Origin: Bacteroidales bacterium
GTDB taxonomy: Bacteria > Bacteroidota > Bacteroidia > Bacteroidales > Azobacteroidaceae
DNA length: 64,000 nucleotides
Assembly (NCBI GenBank): GCA_031553435.1
Contig: JAVBLQ010000033.1
Span: forward strand, 846-64,845
Reading direction: 5' to 3'
The notes below the pieces were generated by a model. It worked only from the letters and a program-made list of their open reading frames with translations, did not search any database and had not been told where the DNA came from. Every line of letters starts with the position of its first letter. The first letter of the stretch is position 1. The translations under genes and the position numbers were made by a program. Shown piece after piece: positions 37,792 to 46,502 of the stretch.

Positions 37792-38637
37792 ATGATTATG
37801 GACGAAAGAAATATATATTTACCTTATAAAATGCGCCTGGCCAAAGTAACAGAAGAAGCGCCCGGCGTCCGCACTTTCCGTTTGGAATTTATGAATCCGG
37901 AAGAAGGAGAAAACTTCAATTTCCGTACCGGACAATTTGCCGAATATTCAGTATTTGGAGAAGGAGAATCAACTTTTTGTATCGCATCTCCACATACCCG
38001 TAAAGGTTATGTAGAATGTACTTTCCGTAGGGCAGGACGGGTGACTTCGGCTTTGTCCAATCTGGAAGAAGGTGCAGTTGTCGGTTTTCGCGGCCCATAT
38101 GGTAATACTTTCCCTATTGATGAATGGAAAGGTAAAAATCTGGTTTTCATTGCCGGAGGAATCGCTTTGCCACCGATGCGCAGCGTAATCTGGTCATGTC
38201 TGGATAATCGTGAGAATTACAAAGATGTAACCATTTTCTATGGAGCGAAAACGGTTGCGGACTTAGTATATAAAGACGAATTGAAAGACTGGGAAGAACG
38301 TCCTGACGTAAATCTTTACACAACAGTTGATCCGGGTGGAGAAACTCCCGATTGGAAAGGTCAGGTAGGATTCGTGCCCATGATCGTGGAAAAATTTGCT
38401 CCTGTAGCCGAAAATACAATTGTTATTGTTTGCGGCCCTCCAATCATGATCAAGAATACTTTCCCTGTATTGAAGAAATTAGGATTTACAGACGAAAACA
38501 TTTATACTACTCTCGAAAACCGGATGAAATGCGGATTCGGGAAATGCGGCAGATGCAATGTCGGAAAAACTTACGTTTGTAAGGACGGACCGGTGTTTAC
38601 TGCTGCGGAATTGGCAGAGCTACCTAACGAATACTAA
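37792..38637 (+). CDS. FAD/NAD(P)-binding oxidoreductase with C-terminal [2Fe-2S] (AsrB/HydG/FlxA/PyrK-like)
   Basis: 281 aa. Ferredoxin-reductase fold (RTGQFAEYS, FIAGGIALPP) and C-terminal CGFGKCGRCNVG cluster motif. Alternative start at 37798. Confidence 0.75.
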   Translation: MIMDERNIYLPYKMRLAKVTEEAPGVRTFRLEFMNPEEGENFNFRTGQFAEYSVFGEGESTFCIASPHTRKGYVECTFRRAGRVTSALSNLEEGAVVGFRGPYGNTFPIDEWKGKNLVFIAGGIALPPMRSVIWSCLDNRENYKDVTIFYGAKTVADLVYKDELKDWEERPDVNLYTTVDPGGETPDWKGQVGFVPMIVEKFAPVAENTIVIVCGPPIMIKNTFPVLKKLGFTDENIYTTLENRMKCGFGKCGRCNVGKTYVCKDGPVFTAAELAELPNEY

Positions 38638-38640
38638 AAA

Positions 38641-38717
38641 GAAAGTGAAAAGTGAAAAATTAAAAGTGAGCTTACGCCCAAAATAACTTTTCACTTTTCA
38701 CTTTCTTTTTCACTTTC
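38641..38717. repeat. intergenic hairpin element, GTGAAAA word family, loop GCTTACGCCC
   Basis: gaaagtgaaaagtgaaaaattaaaagtgag pairs with ttttcacttttcactttctttttcactttc. Loop motif at 38670-38679. Lies between convergent genes and overlaps the stop of the 38710 esterase gene. Confidence 0.85.
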
Positions 38718-40206
38718 TGAACGGAAAGGCCGGAAGGTTATCCCCATTATACAAATTGGCATCAACAGTATTATTCCAAGCATATTTTACAGCTACAGGA
38801 GATTGGATATCGGGATGATAAACAATTAGTTTGTTGTTTTCTACTTTTGCCAGGGCCGGTAGAAAATTAGTTCCATCTGTTGAAATAAAGATGTCGTTTA
38901 ATTTCTCTCCCTTGATATATAATCCCTTATTATTTTCAAAACTAATCACTAAAGTTCCGCTTTGTTGTTTCATACTTTTAAAAATAGGCGATGTAAAAGG
39001 AACATCTTTGAAGTGATACACTTTACTCAAAGCCAGAAAAGAAAAACGTTCGCCGTAAGGAAATTTATTGACCGGATGAACATCTTTTAAATCTCCCGAA
39101 TCAATCGAACAGAAGACGTAGGTGTTCTTCAATTTTCGTTGATTTAGTTGCGCCTCTCGTAAAATCGATGCATTATCGGATGATGCATAATCATAAGCCG
39201 TCAGTTGCCCGATCAATGCATCAAAATCTTCTCCCCAAGCTTTGCGCCAGGATTGAATCAGGGTATTCAGTTGATGCTCATATTCATCGGCGAAATTTAC
39301 ATTGGATGTTCCCTGATACCAAAGGATTCCTGTAAGTGCATACGGAATACATGGAGCAATCATACCATTATATAAGACACCGGGTTTGCGATGCGGACGA
39401 TTGATAGCGATCAAGCCCTGCGGTTCTTGCGGCCTTTTCCTTTTAATACCATTGATACTATCGGTTTTCCAACGTAATTTTTCGTTTTCGTAATTCAGGC
39501 TATCTGTTTTATAAGAGATCAGCCAGTTGTTCCAGCGTTCGATCGGCTTTTGCAGAAGCGTATCCGATTGTTGGACTGTATCCGAAATCCAGGCTTCGAT
39601 ACCTGTTCCTCCCCAGGAAGCATTGATCAATCCGATGGGTACATGTAATTTTTCCTGCAGTTGAACAGCGAAATAGTAAGTCATCGCTGAAAAACCGGCA
39701 GCAGTTTCTTTTGAGCAGATCTTCCAGGAAGTGTTGGGAGCGAAGTTTTCCTGAATTTGTTCGCAGACCTGCCTTTGTACTTTGAACAGTCTGATTGTGG
39801 GATGATTATTCGCATCTTCCAAAGCTGTTTTTGCCTGTTTGTCGCGTTTCAATGTAAACTCCATGTTTGATTGTCCGGAACTTAGCCAAACTTCTCCGAT
39901 CAATACATCGGTCAACGTTACTGTATTTTTTCCTTTGATAATTACTTCATAAGGACCTCCGGCGACAGGTGTTTTGATGTTTATCTTCCAATCTCCTTTC
40001 AAATCGCTTATCGTGGAATATGTCTTTTTGTTCCAACTGGTGTAGATGGAGATTGGAGTTCCGGCGTCTTCTTTTCCCCAGAGAGGCACCGAGCCTTTTT
40101 GTTTCAGCACCATGTGATTTCCGATGATGGCCGGTAATTGAATATCGGCAGACATGGAAAAGTTGGAGAAGATAATGATTGTAAACAGAAGTATGATTTT
40201 CTTCAT
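38710..40206 (-). CDS. sialate O-acetylesterase-like (SASA/DUF303) carbohydrate esterase
   Basis: 498 aa with a signal peptide. GEVWLSSGQSNME serine block and WYQGTSN block are typical of SASA-family acetylesterases. Confidence 0.75.
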   Translation of the reverse strand: MKKIILLFTIIIFSNFSMSADIQLPAIIGNHMVLKQKGSVPLWGKEDAGTPISIYTSWNKKTYSTISDLKGDWKINIKTPVAGGPYEVIIKGKNTVTLTDVLIGEVWLSSGQSNMEFTLKRDKQAKTALEDANNHPTIRLFKVQRQVCEQIQENFAPNTSWKICSKETAAGFSAMTYYFAVQLQEKLHVPIGLINASWGGTGIEAWISDTVQQSDTLLQKPIERWNNWLISYKTDSLNYENEKLRWKTDSINGIKRKRPQEPQGLIAINRPHRKPGVLYNGMIAPCIPYALTGILWYQGTSNVNFADEYEHQLNTLIQSWRKAWGEDFDALIGQLTAYDYASSDNASILREAQLNQRKLKNTYVFCSIDSGDLKDVHPVNKFPYGERFSFLALSKVYHFKDVPFTSPIFKSMKQQSGTLVISFENNKGLYIKGEKLNDIFISTDGTNFLPALAKVENNKLIVYHPDIQSPVAVKYAWNNTVDANLYNGDNLPAFPFRK

Positions 40207-40221
40207 GTTTTTTTAATATTC

Positions 40222-42027
40222 TTAGTTCCTCACTCTTAGTTCTTCACTTAAATAATTTCCCGAATAATACGCCTTATCCAGCCTTTTCTCCAATTGTTTG
40301 TCTTTATTGATGCGGGCAAGATGCTGCAAATCTTTATAAATGTAGAAATTAAGCCAGTAACCATATGAATATTTCTCAAACTGCGTATGCGGCTGTTTCC
40401 AGAAAGCATACCAGGAAGAGTTCAGTTTCATTTCTTTGGCTACTGACAAAGCATCCTGCGCTCTTTGCCAAATGCTATCGGTAACTGTTTTGAATAATTG
40501 ATTGAAATCTGCATATTTCATGGTTGCCGGATCAAAGACAGGGCCTTTGTCATCTATTCCCAATTCGATTAAAGAGATTTTTTCTTCGAAGATAGTATCT
40601 CCGTCCAGATCATATTCTATCAAATCGAAGAAACCATTGTTATCTATATCCGAATATTTTACGGTTGCCCAGGAATCAGGATCGGGGTACAGGCGTTTTT
40701 TTTCTTTCATTGGGGGATATAAACCTCCGTATCCTTGAAAATAGGCTGCTTTCTGATCGATCCGCCAGGCGCCCCATTCTGCTCCGTACAAATGTATTCG
40801 CCCGTCAATCGGGGAGATATACAATTTTCCTTTTCCCGAATTATCCAAGTCAAACTCACCCCGGTCTCCAATGGCGTCCGATTGTTGGTTATTATCCAAT
40901 CCTCCTTGTTTGGATCCGGTTTTGAATAAATCCAAAGGTTGGTATAATTCCACTCTTTCCCAACGGTTGCAATCATCGTCTTCGTCAAAAATGAACCAAC
41001 ATTGATCCCATTTTCCTTTTTGGAAAGTCATATCGTAAGATACCTTTTCGTCCGGATAGATTAATTCGGTCATTTGTCGCCAACGCGGATCGTATAGATA
41101 TTTGTCGGCAGCAGGCAATCCTCTTAAATTGTTGAATTTATGAACCTGATCGGAATAATCGAAACCTTCTCCGCGGAAATGTAAAGTCATATCCAGGTCA
41201 AATTCATTGCCTTGCCCATTGTCATTATCCATGTCCCAGGCAATGCTTACCCAGGTGATTTTTTTACTGAAGATCACATCTATTTCTTTATCTACAGAAT
41301 CAAAACGCTTATTGGGATCTTTTCCTGGACGGGGACGGAAGTAAGGAATATCCAGCATACGGATAGCCATTTCCGACAAATTGTCGTTATCATAATCATA
41401 AAATATGAATGGATTTTCCCAATTATACCGTGTATCGGCAATCCGGAAACTGGAAGCGTGCATTTTCAGGAATAAGGTATTACCGTGATAATCCTGGAAA
41501 AAATTCGAATGCCCGTTGTGTTCCCAGCACCTCAATACCACCTGATTCCAATCTACAAAGTTTTTGATGTCGTCTTTTTCAATATCGATCACGCACATAT
41601 AATCGGAAGTAAAATCGTAGCCATAGCGTGCATCCAGCTTTCCGTTGCATATAACGAACTGGATATCGGCAATGCCATCGCCATCGGAATCTACCCAATC
41701 GATGGAAACGTCTTCGGGGCCGCCGAATATACCGTCTTTGTTCAGATCGACCAACAGACAATCGTTGTCGGTATCGCCTTCCAGATCACCATATTCCATA
41801 TCTCCATCATCGTCTATCCACATGATAGGAATTCCGTCCAGGATTGTTGTCCGGATGATTTCAGGTTTTCCATCTCTATCGATGTCTTCATATGATATTT
41901 TGGATTTATCAATAACAATCGGAAATCTCCAGGGAATCAATTTGGTTTTTTCATTCCAGTATTTGGACTGGGCGGATGAAGAAGTTCCGGCAATCAAACA
42001 ACAAAAGATAATTAACAAGTTTTTCAT
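40222..42027 (-). CDS. secreted protein of unknown function with multiple Asp-rich Ca-binding / FG-GAP-like repeats
   Basis: 601 aa with signal peptide MKNLLIIFCCLIAGTSSSAQ. Repeated DxDxDG-type loops (DIDRDGKPE, DDDGDMEYGD, DLNKDGIFGG, DSDGDGIADI, DIDNNGFFD, DLDGD). I recognise no catalytic family. Confidence 0.5.
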   Translation of the reverse strand: MKNLLIIFCCLIAGTSSSAQSKYWNEKTKLIPWRFPIVIDKSKISYEDIDRDGKPEIIRTTILDGIPIMWIDDDGDMEYGDLEGDTDNDCLLVDLNKDGIFGGPEDVSIDWVDSDGDGIADIQFVICNGKLDARYGYDFTSDYMCVIDIEKDDIKNFVDWNQVVLRCWEHNGHSNFFQDYHGNTLFLKMHASSFRIADTRYNWENPFIFYDYDNDNLSEMAIRMLDIPYFRPRPGKDPNKRFDSVDKEIDVIFSKKITWVSIAWDMDNDNGQGNEFDLDMTLHFRGEGFDYSDQVHKFNNLRGLPAADKYLYDPRWRQMTELIYPDEKVSYDMTFQKGKWDQCWFIFDEDDDCNRWERVELYQPLDLFKTGSKQGGLDNNQQSDAIGDRGEFDLDNSGKGKLYISPIDGRIHLYGAEWGAWRIDQKAAYFQGYGGLYPPMKEKKRLYPDPDSWATVKYSDIDNNGFFDLIEYDLDGDTIFEEKISLIELGIDDKGPVFDPATMKYADFNQLFKTVTDSIWQRAQDALSVAKEMKLNSSWYAFWKQPHTQFEKYSYGYWLNFYIYKDLQHLARINKDKQLEKRLDKAYYSGNYLSEELRVRN

Positions 42028-42246
42028 GTAACGATATATGTGTTAAAAAAGATGAATTTGAACAATATGACTATTTTACCTTAAAAGATTCAAATCTACA
42101 AACAAACCAAATCAATCAATGTAAATTCCGTACGCTTTTAAGTTCATATTGTACGATAACTACAAATAAAAAGTTAAAATGAGAATTCCGTACAAAAGTG
42201 CTATTATTCGGTAAAATTTTTACATTATTTTTTTGGATATACGGCA

Positions 42247-42254
42247 TATCTTTG
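42247..42254 (+). promoter_or_regulatory. candidate -7 promoter box TATCTTTG
   Basis: TAnnTTTG match 36 nt upstream of the ATG at 42290. Confidence 0.35.
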
Positions 42255-42289
42255 AGCATCTTTGTCACCAATTTGTTAACTGTAACCAC

Positions 42290-45200
42290 ATGATTTTAAG
42301 ATACATATTATTATTAACCATTATTATTGTCGTAAGTCACCTTTCCTTTTCCCAGGAAATTCATTTTCAAAAAATAGATGCAGAAGACGGATTGTCGCAA
42401 TCAACTGTTACATCCATTTATCAGGATGAATTCGGTATCATGTGGATTGGAACCAAAGATGGATTGAACAGGTATAGCGGAGACGATTTCCAGGTGTTCA
42501 GACCTATAACCGGAAACAAAAACAGTATTTTCAATAACAATATCGGTACGGTATGCGGCGACCGGAATGGCCATATTTATGTGCGTTGCAAATTTGCCGC
42601 CGTTGAATATGATATGCGCCTGAATATTTTCCATACCATTCAGGAAAATAATGTTCAAACCATTTCCTACGGATTAAACCGGCTGTGGATCTGTACTTCC
42701 GATTCGATATATTCTTATGATAGCAAGGGAAAGAAGAAACAATTTTACTATGCATTTCCTGAAAAGAAAATAAAAATTACCTGTATTCTGGAAAACAGTA
42801 ATAAAGAAATTTATGTCGGCACGCAAAATTCAGGGCTGTTTATTATCGACGGAAATAAAAAACGATTGAATTACCTGCCGGGAGTGCATATCATTCAGAT
42901 TTACGAAGACTCGAAACGAAATATGTGGATTTCCACCAGAGACGACGGGTTGATTAAAATGGACCGGAACGGAGAATTTGTTAACTACAAAAATGATCCT
43001 CAGGACAAAAATTCTATTTCAGACAACTACACCCGCGCCGTTTGTGAAGATAATTTCGGAAATTACTGGATCGCTACTTTCAAAGGTTTGAATAAGTTGG
43101 ATCTTTCAACCGGAAAAATTACCTATTATCAAAAGGAAAACAAGCCTTACAGTCTGGTTAATTCGTCCTTGATCTGTATCACCAAAGATCAGCAAGGCTC
43201 TTTGTGGATAGGTTCTTATCATGGTGGAATCAATATTTTTAATCCGGAATATGAAATCTATAATTATTATTATCCGGACGAATCGATTCCCGGAAAATTG
43301 AGTTCTCCCTTTGTGGTGCGAATGCAGGAAGACGAAAAAGGCAACCTCTGGATCGCAACCGAAGGCGGCGGATTGAATTATCTGGACAGGGAAACCAAAC
43401 ATTTCACGGTTTATCGACATCAGTCGCAGTCCAACTCCATATCAACCAATAATATACAAGGTTTGTATCTTGATCGCAACAGAAATGCACTTTGGATAGG
43501 AACTTTATTGGGAGGTTTGGATAAGCTGGACCTGAAATCGAAAAAATTCACCAATTACCATCATATCAGCGGTGACAAAGAATCATTGGTCAATAATAAT
43601 GTCAGGAAAATAATTCCGTATAAAGACAGCCTGTTACTGAGCACCCATAACGGAATTGTAATGTTCAAGCCCGAAAATGGGAAATGCCGCAGATTGTTTG
43701 ATAAGCCCCAATTCGACTACCGGTTTATCATCGATATGATTGTAGACGGAGATAATAATTTATGGTTTTCTTATTCTCTCGGACTCATTAAATATAACCT
43801 TGAAACAGGTGTACTTAAAGAATATCTGGCAGCAGACATCCCTATTGGAAACAATCTGGTCAATGTTATTTTCCAGGACAGGGAAAAACGCATCTGGATC
43901 GGCTCTTCCGGCGACGGTATTTTTTTATACGAGCCTCAACATGATAAATTCAAACCGTATAATTCCGGTAATTCCGATTTGATCAATAATTATATTCTGG
44001 ATATAAAAGAATCATTATCAGGATATTTACTGATCTCGACCAATCAGGGATTTTCCCGTTTCGATATTGAAAACGGAAAATTTTACAATTACAATAAGCA
44101 AAATGGATTTCCGGTGACCGCGTTGAATCCCTATGGTATGTTTGTGACTTCCAACAATCAGATTTTCCTGTCCGGAACCAAAATGATGATTTCGTTCAAT
44201 GAAAAAGAACTGAATTCGAATGTCAAGCCCTGTCAGGTCAATTTTATATCGATGGAACTCAACAATAAGCTGATTGTTCCGAATGATGATTCCGGCATTT
44301 TGTCCGAATCATTATTATATCAATCGACTATCCAATTGAATCATAAACATTCGGTTATGAGCATCAATTTATCACTGCCGGATTATGTTTCCCTGCTCAA
44401 AAACAAAATATATTACAAACTGGAAGGTTTTGATAATACGTGGACTGACATCAACTACCGTAACAGAATTATTTACACCAATTTAAGTCCCGGAAAATAT
44501 AAGCTTGTTATCAAAAGTGTAGATGAAAATTCTTCCAACGACAGGATCCTCAAAGAATTAAATATCATCGTAACACCGCCGTTTTACAGGACATGGACGG
44601 CTTACGGACTGTATTTATTTATCCTTGTCATTTCTATTTATTTGATTGCATCTTTTTATTCTTCCAAATTGAAACTGAGAAACTCATTGGATCTGGAAAA
44701 GAAGGAAAAAATACAGATTGAGAAAATCAATCAATCCAAACTTCGCTTTTTTACCAATATATCTCATGAATTCAGAACTCCTTTAACATTAATCATCAGT
44801 CAATTAGAAATGTTGATCGAAAGAAACGACATCAAACCGCAGGTTTACAACAGACTGGTGAATGTACACCGTAACGCCATCCGCATGAAACGCCTGATTA
44901 CGGAATTACTGGATTTCCGCAAACAGGAACAAGGATTTAAAGAACTGAAATTCAGTAAACAGAACATCTATCTTTTTCTCGAAGAAGTTTATTTGTCATT
45001 CAAAGAATATGCACGTTTCAGAGAGATTAACCTTGAGTTCCTGAACAAAGATTCTTTTCTGGAAGTCTGGTTTGATGTGGAACAAATGGAAAAATCCGTT
45101 AATAATATTCTGTCCAATGCATTCAAATATACACCACAGAAAGGAACAATCGCCATCTCTGTCGAAATAGATAATCACAACGTATATATCCGTATTTCAG

Positions 45201-46294
45201 ATACCGGAATCGGTATTCCGGCCGATAAACTGAACCAGATTTTCGATCGTTTTTATCAGGTGGATGATAATTATACTACCGGGACCGGACTGGGTCTGGC
45301 CATTACAAAAGAGATTATCACCGCCCATCATGGAGAAATCAGGGTGAACAGCGAAGTGGAAAAAGGAACCACATTCCTGATCCGCCTTCCCTTGGGAGAT
45401 CAGCATATCCTGGATTCGCAAAAAGTACCGGCAAGGAATGTAGACATGTCGTGCATCGAAGAATTATCCATGAATCAGGATATTAATTTCTCTGAAGATA
45501 TTGAAAACAATGAAAACGAAGAAGATAAAACAAAGTCCAAAATATTGATTGTAGAAGATAACAGAGAATTAGTAGAACTTCTGAATCGTTTATTTTCATC
45601 CGTCTACGAAGTTCATACAGCCTTTGATGGAGAAGAAGGTCTGGAAAAAGCCAAAGAAATACAACCGAATATCATTTTAAGCGATATCATGATGCCTAAA
45701 ATGTCAGGCATCGAAATGTGTCGCAAGATCAAAGATAATTTTGATACCTGTCACATCCCCGTCATTCTCTTGACTGCCCAAAATTCGGAAGAATACTTGA
45801 TTGAAGGCTTGAAAATGAGCGCCGACGATTATATCACTAAACCATTCAATGTAAAACATTTGTTCACCCGATGCAACAATCTGTTGAACAACAGAAAATT
45901 ACTACAAAAGAAATATGCAAAACTTTCAGACTCCAACCCGGATACACTGGCAACAAACAGTTACGATCAACAGTTCCTGACCCAATGTATCCAGATTATA
46001 GAAAACAACATCAGCGATATTGATTTTGATGTCAACCAGTTTGCCCAGGAAATAGGACTGGGAAGAACCAAACTCTTTTTGAAAATAAAAGGCATCACCG
46101 GCTTAACTCCGAATGACTTTATTCTCAATGTCCGCCTGAAAAAATCACAAGTATTATTGGAAGAACCCGGAGAAAGAACCATTTCGGAAATTGCCTACGA
46201 CGTAGGATTCAATTCCCCCAGTTATTTCATCAAACGATTCAGGGAGCTGTATGGGGTGACGCCTTCGCAGTTCAAGAAAAAAGTGAAAAACTAA
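42290..46294 (+). CDS. hybrid two-component system sensor/regulator (HTCS)
   Basis: About 1334 aa. Periplasmic beta-propeller repeats (GLSQSTV, WIGT motifs) and a Y_Y_Y region, a TM helix, H-box FFTNISHEFRTPLTL, ATPase G-boxes, receiver ILIVEDN...SDIMMP, and AraC HTH SPSYFIKRFRELYGVTPSQF. The ORF track start 42233 is a TTG and is rejected. Confidence 0.9.
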   Translation: MILRYILLLTIIIVVSHLSFSQEIHFQKIDAEDGLSQSTVTSIYQDEFGIMWIGTKDGLNRYSGDDFQVFRPITGNKNSIFNNNIGTVCGDRNGHIYVRCKFAAVEYDMRLNIFHTIQENNVQTISYGLNRLWICTSDSIYSYDSKGKKKQFYYAFPEKKIKITCILENSNKEIYVGTQNSGLFIIDGNKKRLNYLPGVHIIQIYEDSKRNMWISTRDDGLIKMDRNGEFVNYKNDPQDKNSISDNYTRAVCEDNFGNYWIATFKGLNKLDLSTGKITYYQKENKPYSLVNSSLICITKDQQGSLWIGSYHGGINIFNPEYEIYNYYYPDESIPGKLSSPFVVRMQEDEKGNLWIATEGGGLNYLDRETKHFTVYRHQSQSNSISTNNIQGLYLDRNRNALWIGTLLGGLDKLDLKSKKFTNYHHISGDKESLVNNNVRKIIPYKDSLLLSTHNGIVMFKPENGKCRRLFDKPQFDYRFIIDMIVDGDNNLWFSYSLGLIKYNLETGVLKEYLAADIPIGNNLVNVIFQDREKRIWIGSSGDGIFLYEPQHDKFKPYNSGNSDLINNYILDIKESLSGYLLISTNQGFSRFDIENGKFYNYNKQNGFPVTALNPYGMFVTSNNQIFLSGTKMMISFNEKELNSNVKPCQVNFISMELNNKLIVPNDDSGILSESLLYQSTIQLNHKHSVMSINLSLPDYVSLLKNKIYYKLEGFDNTWTDINYRNRIIYTNLSPGKYKLVIKSVDENSSNDRILKELNIIVTPPFYRTWTAYGLYLFILVISIYLIASFYSSKLKLRNSLDLEKKEKIQIEKINQSKLRFFTNISHEFRTPLTLIISQLEMLIERNDIKPQVYNRLVNVHRNAIRMKRLITELLDFRKQEQGFKELKFSKQNIYLFLEEVYLSFKEYARFREINLEFLNKDSFLEVWFDVEQMEKSVNNILSNAFKYTPQKGTIAISVEIDNHNVYIRISDTGIGIPADKLNQIFDRFYQVDDNYTTGTGLGLAITKEIITAHHGEIRVNSEVEKGTTFLIRLPLGDQHILDSQKVPARNVDMSCIEELSMNQDINFSEDIENNENEEDKTKSKILIVEDNRELVELLNRLFSSVYEVHTAFDGEEGLEKAKEIQPNIILSDIMMPKMSGIEMCRKIKDNFDTCHIPVILLTAQNSEEYLIEGLKMSADDYITKPFNVKHLFTRCNNLLNNRKLLQKKYAKLSDSNPDTLATNSYDQQFLTQCIQIIENNISDIDFDVNQFAQEIGLGRTKLFLKIKGITGLTPNDFILNVRLKKSQVLLEEPGERTISEIAYDVGFNSPSYFIKRFRELYGVTPSQFKKKVKN

Positions 46295-46363
46295 AAACTA
46301 AAAGTGAAAAGTAAATTGTTATGCGCAAGTCCAACTTTTCACTTCTCACTTTTAGTTTTTCAC
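46278..46363. repeat. intergenic hairpin element, GTGAAAA/CTAAAAA word family, loop ACTTGCGCAT (minus strand)
   Basis: aaaaagtgaaaaactaaaaactaaaagtgaaaagt pairs with ttttcacttctcacttttagtttttcac. The HTCS stop (46292-46294) lies inside the left arm. Confidence 0.85.
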
Positions 46364-46425
46364 TCCATTGTACGAAATTAATGCTTTTCCGTATGATTCT
46401 GATATGCTTTTGGGGACGTCATTTT

Positions 46426-46433
46426 TACTTTTG
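46426..46433 (+). promoter_or_regulatory. candidate -7 promoter box TACTTTTG
   Basis: TAnnTTTG match 70 nt upstream of the SusC-like start. Confidence 0.35.
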
Positions 46434-46502
46434 TTCACATAAAAACCACGAAAGAACCCCACAGATTATAAAATAGAAATCACATAACAATTAACTTAAA
46501 TA

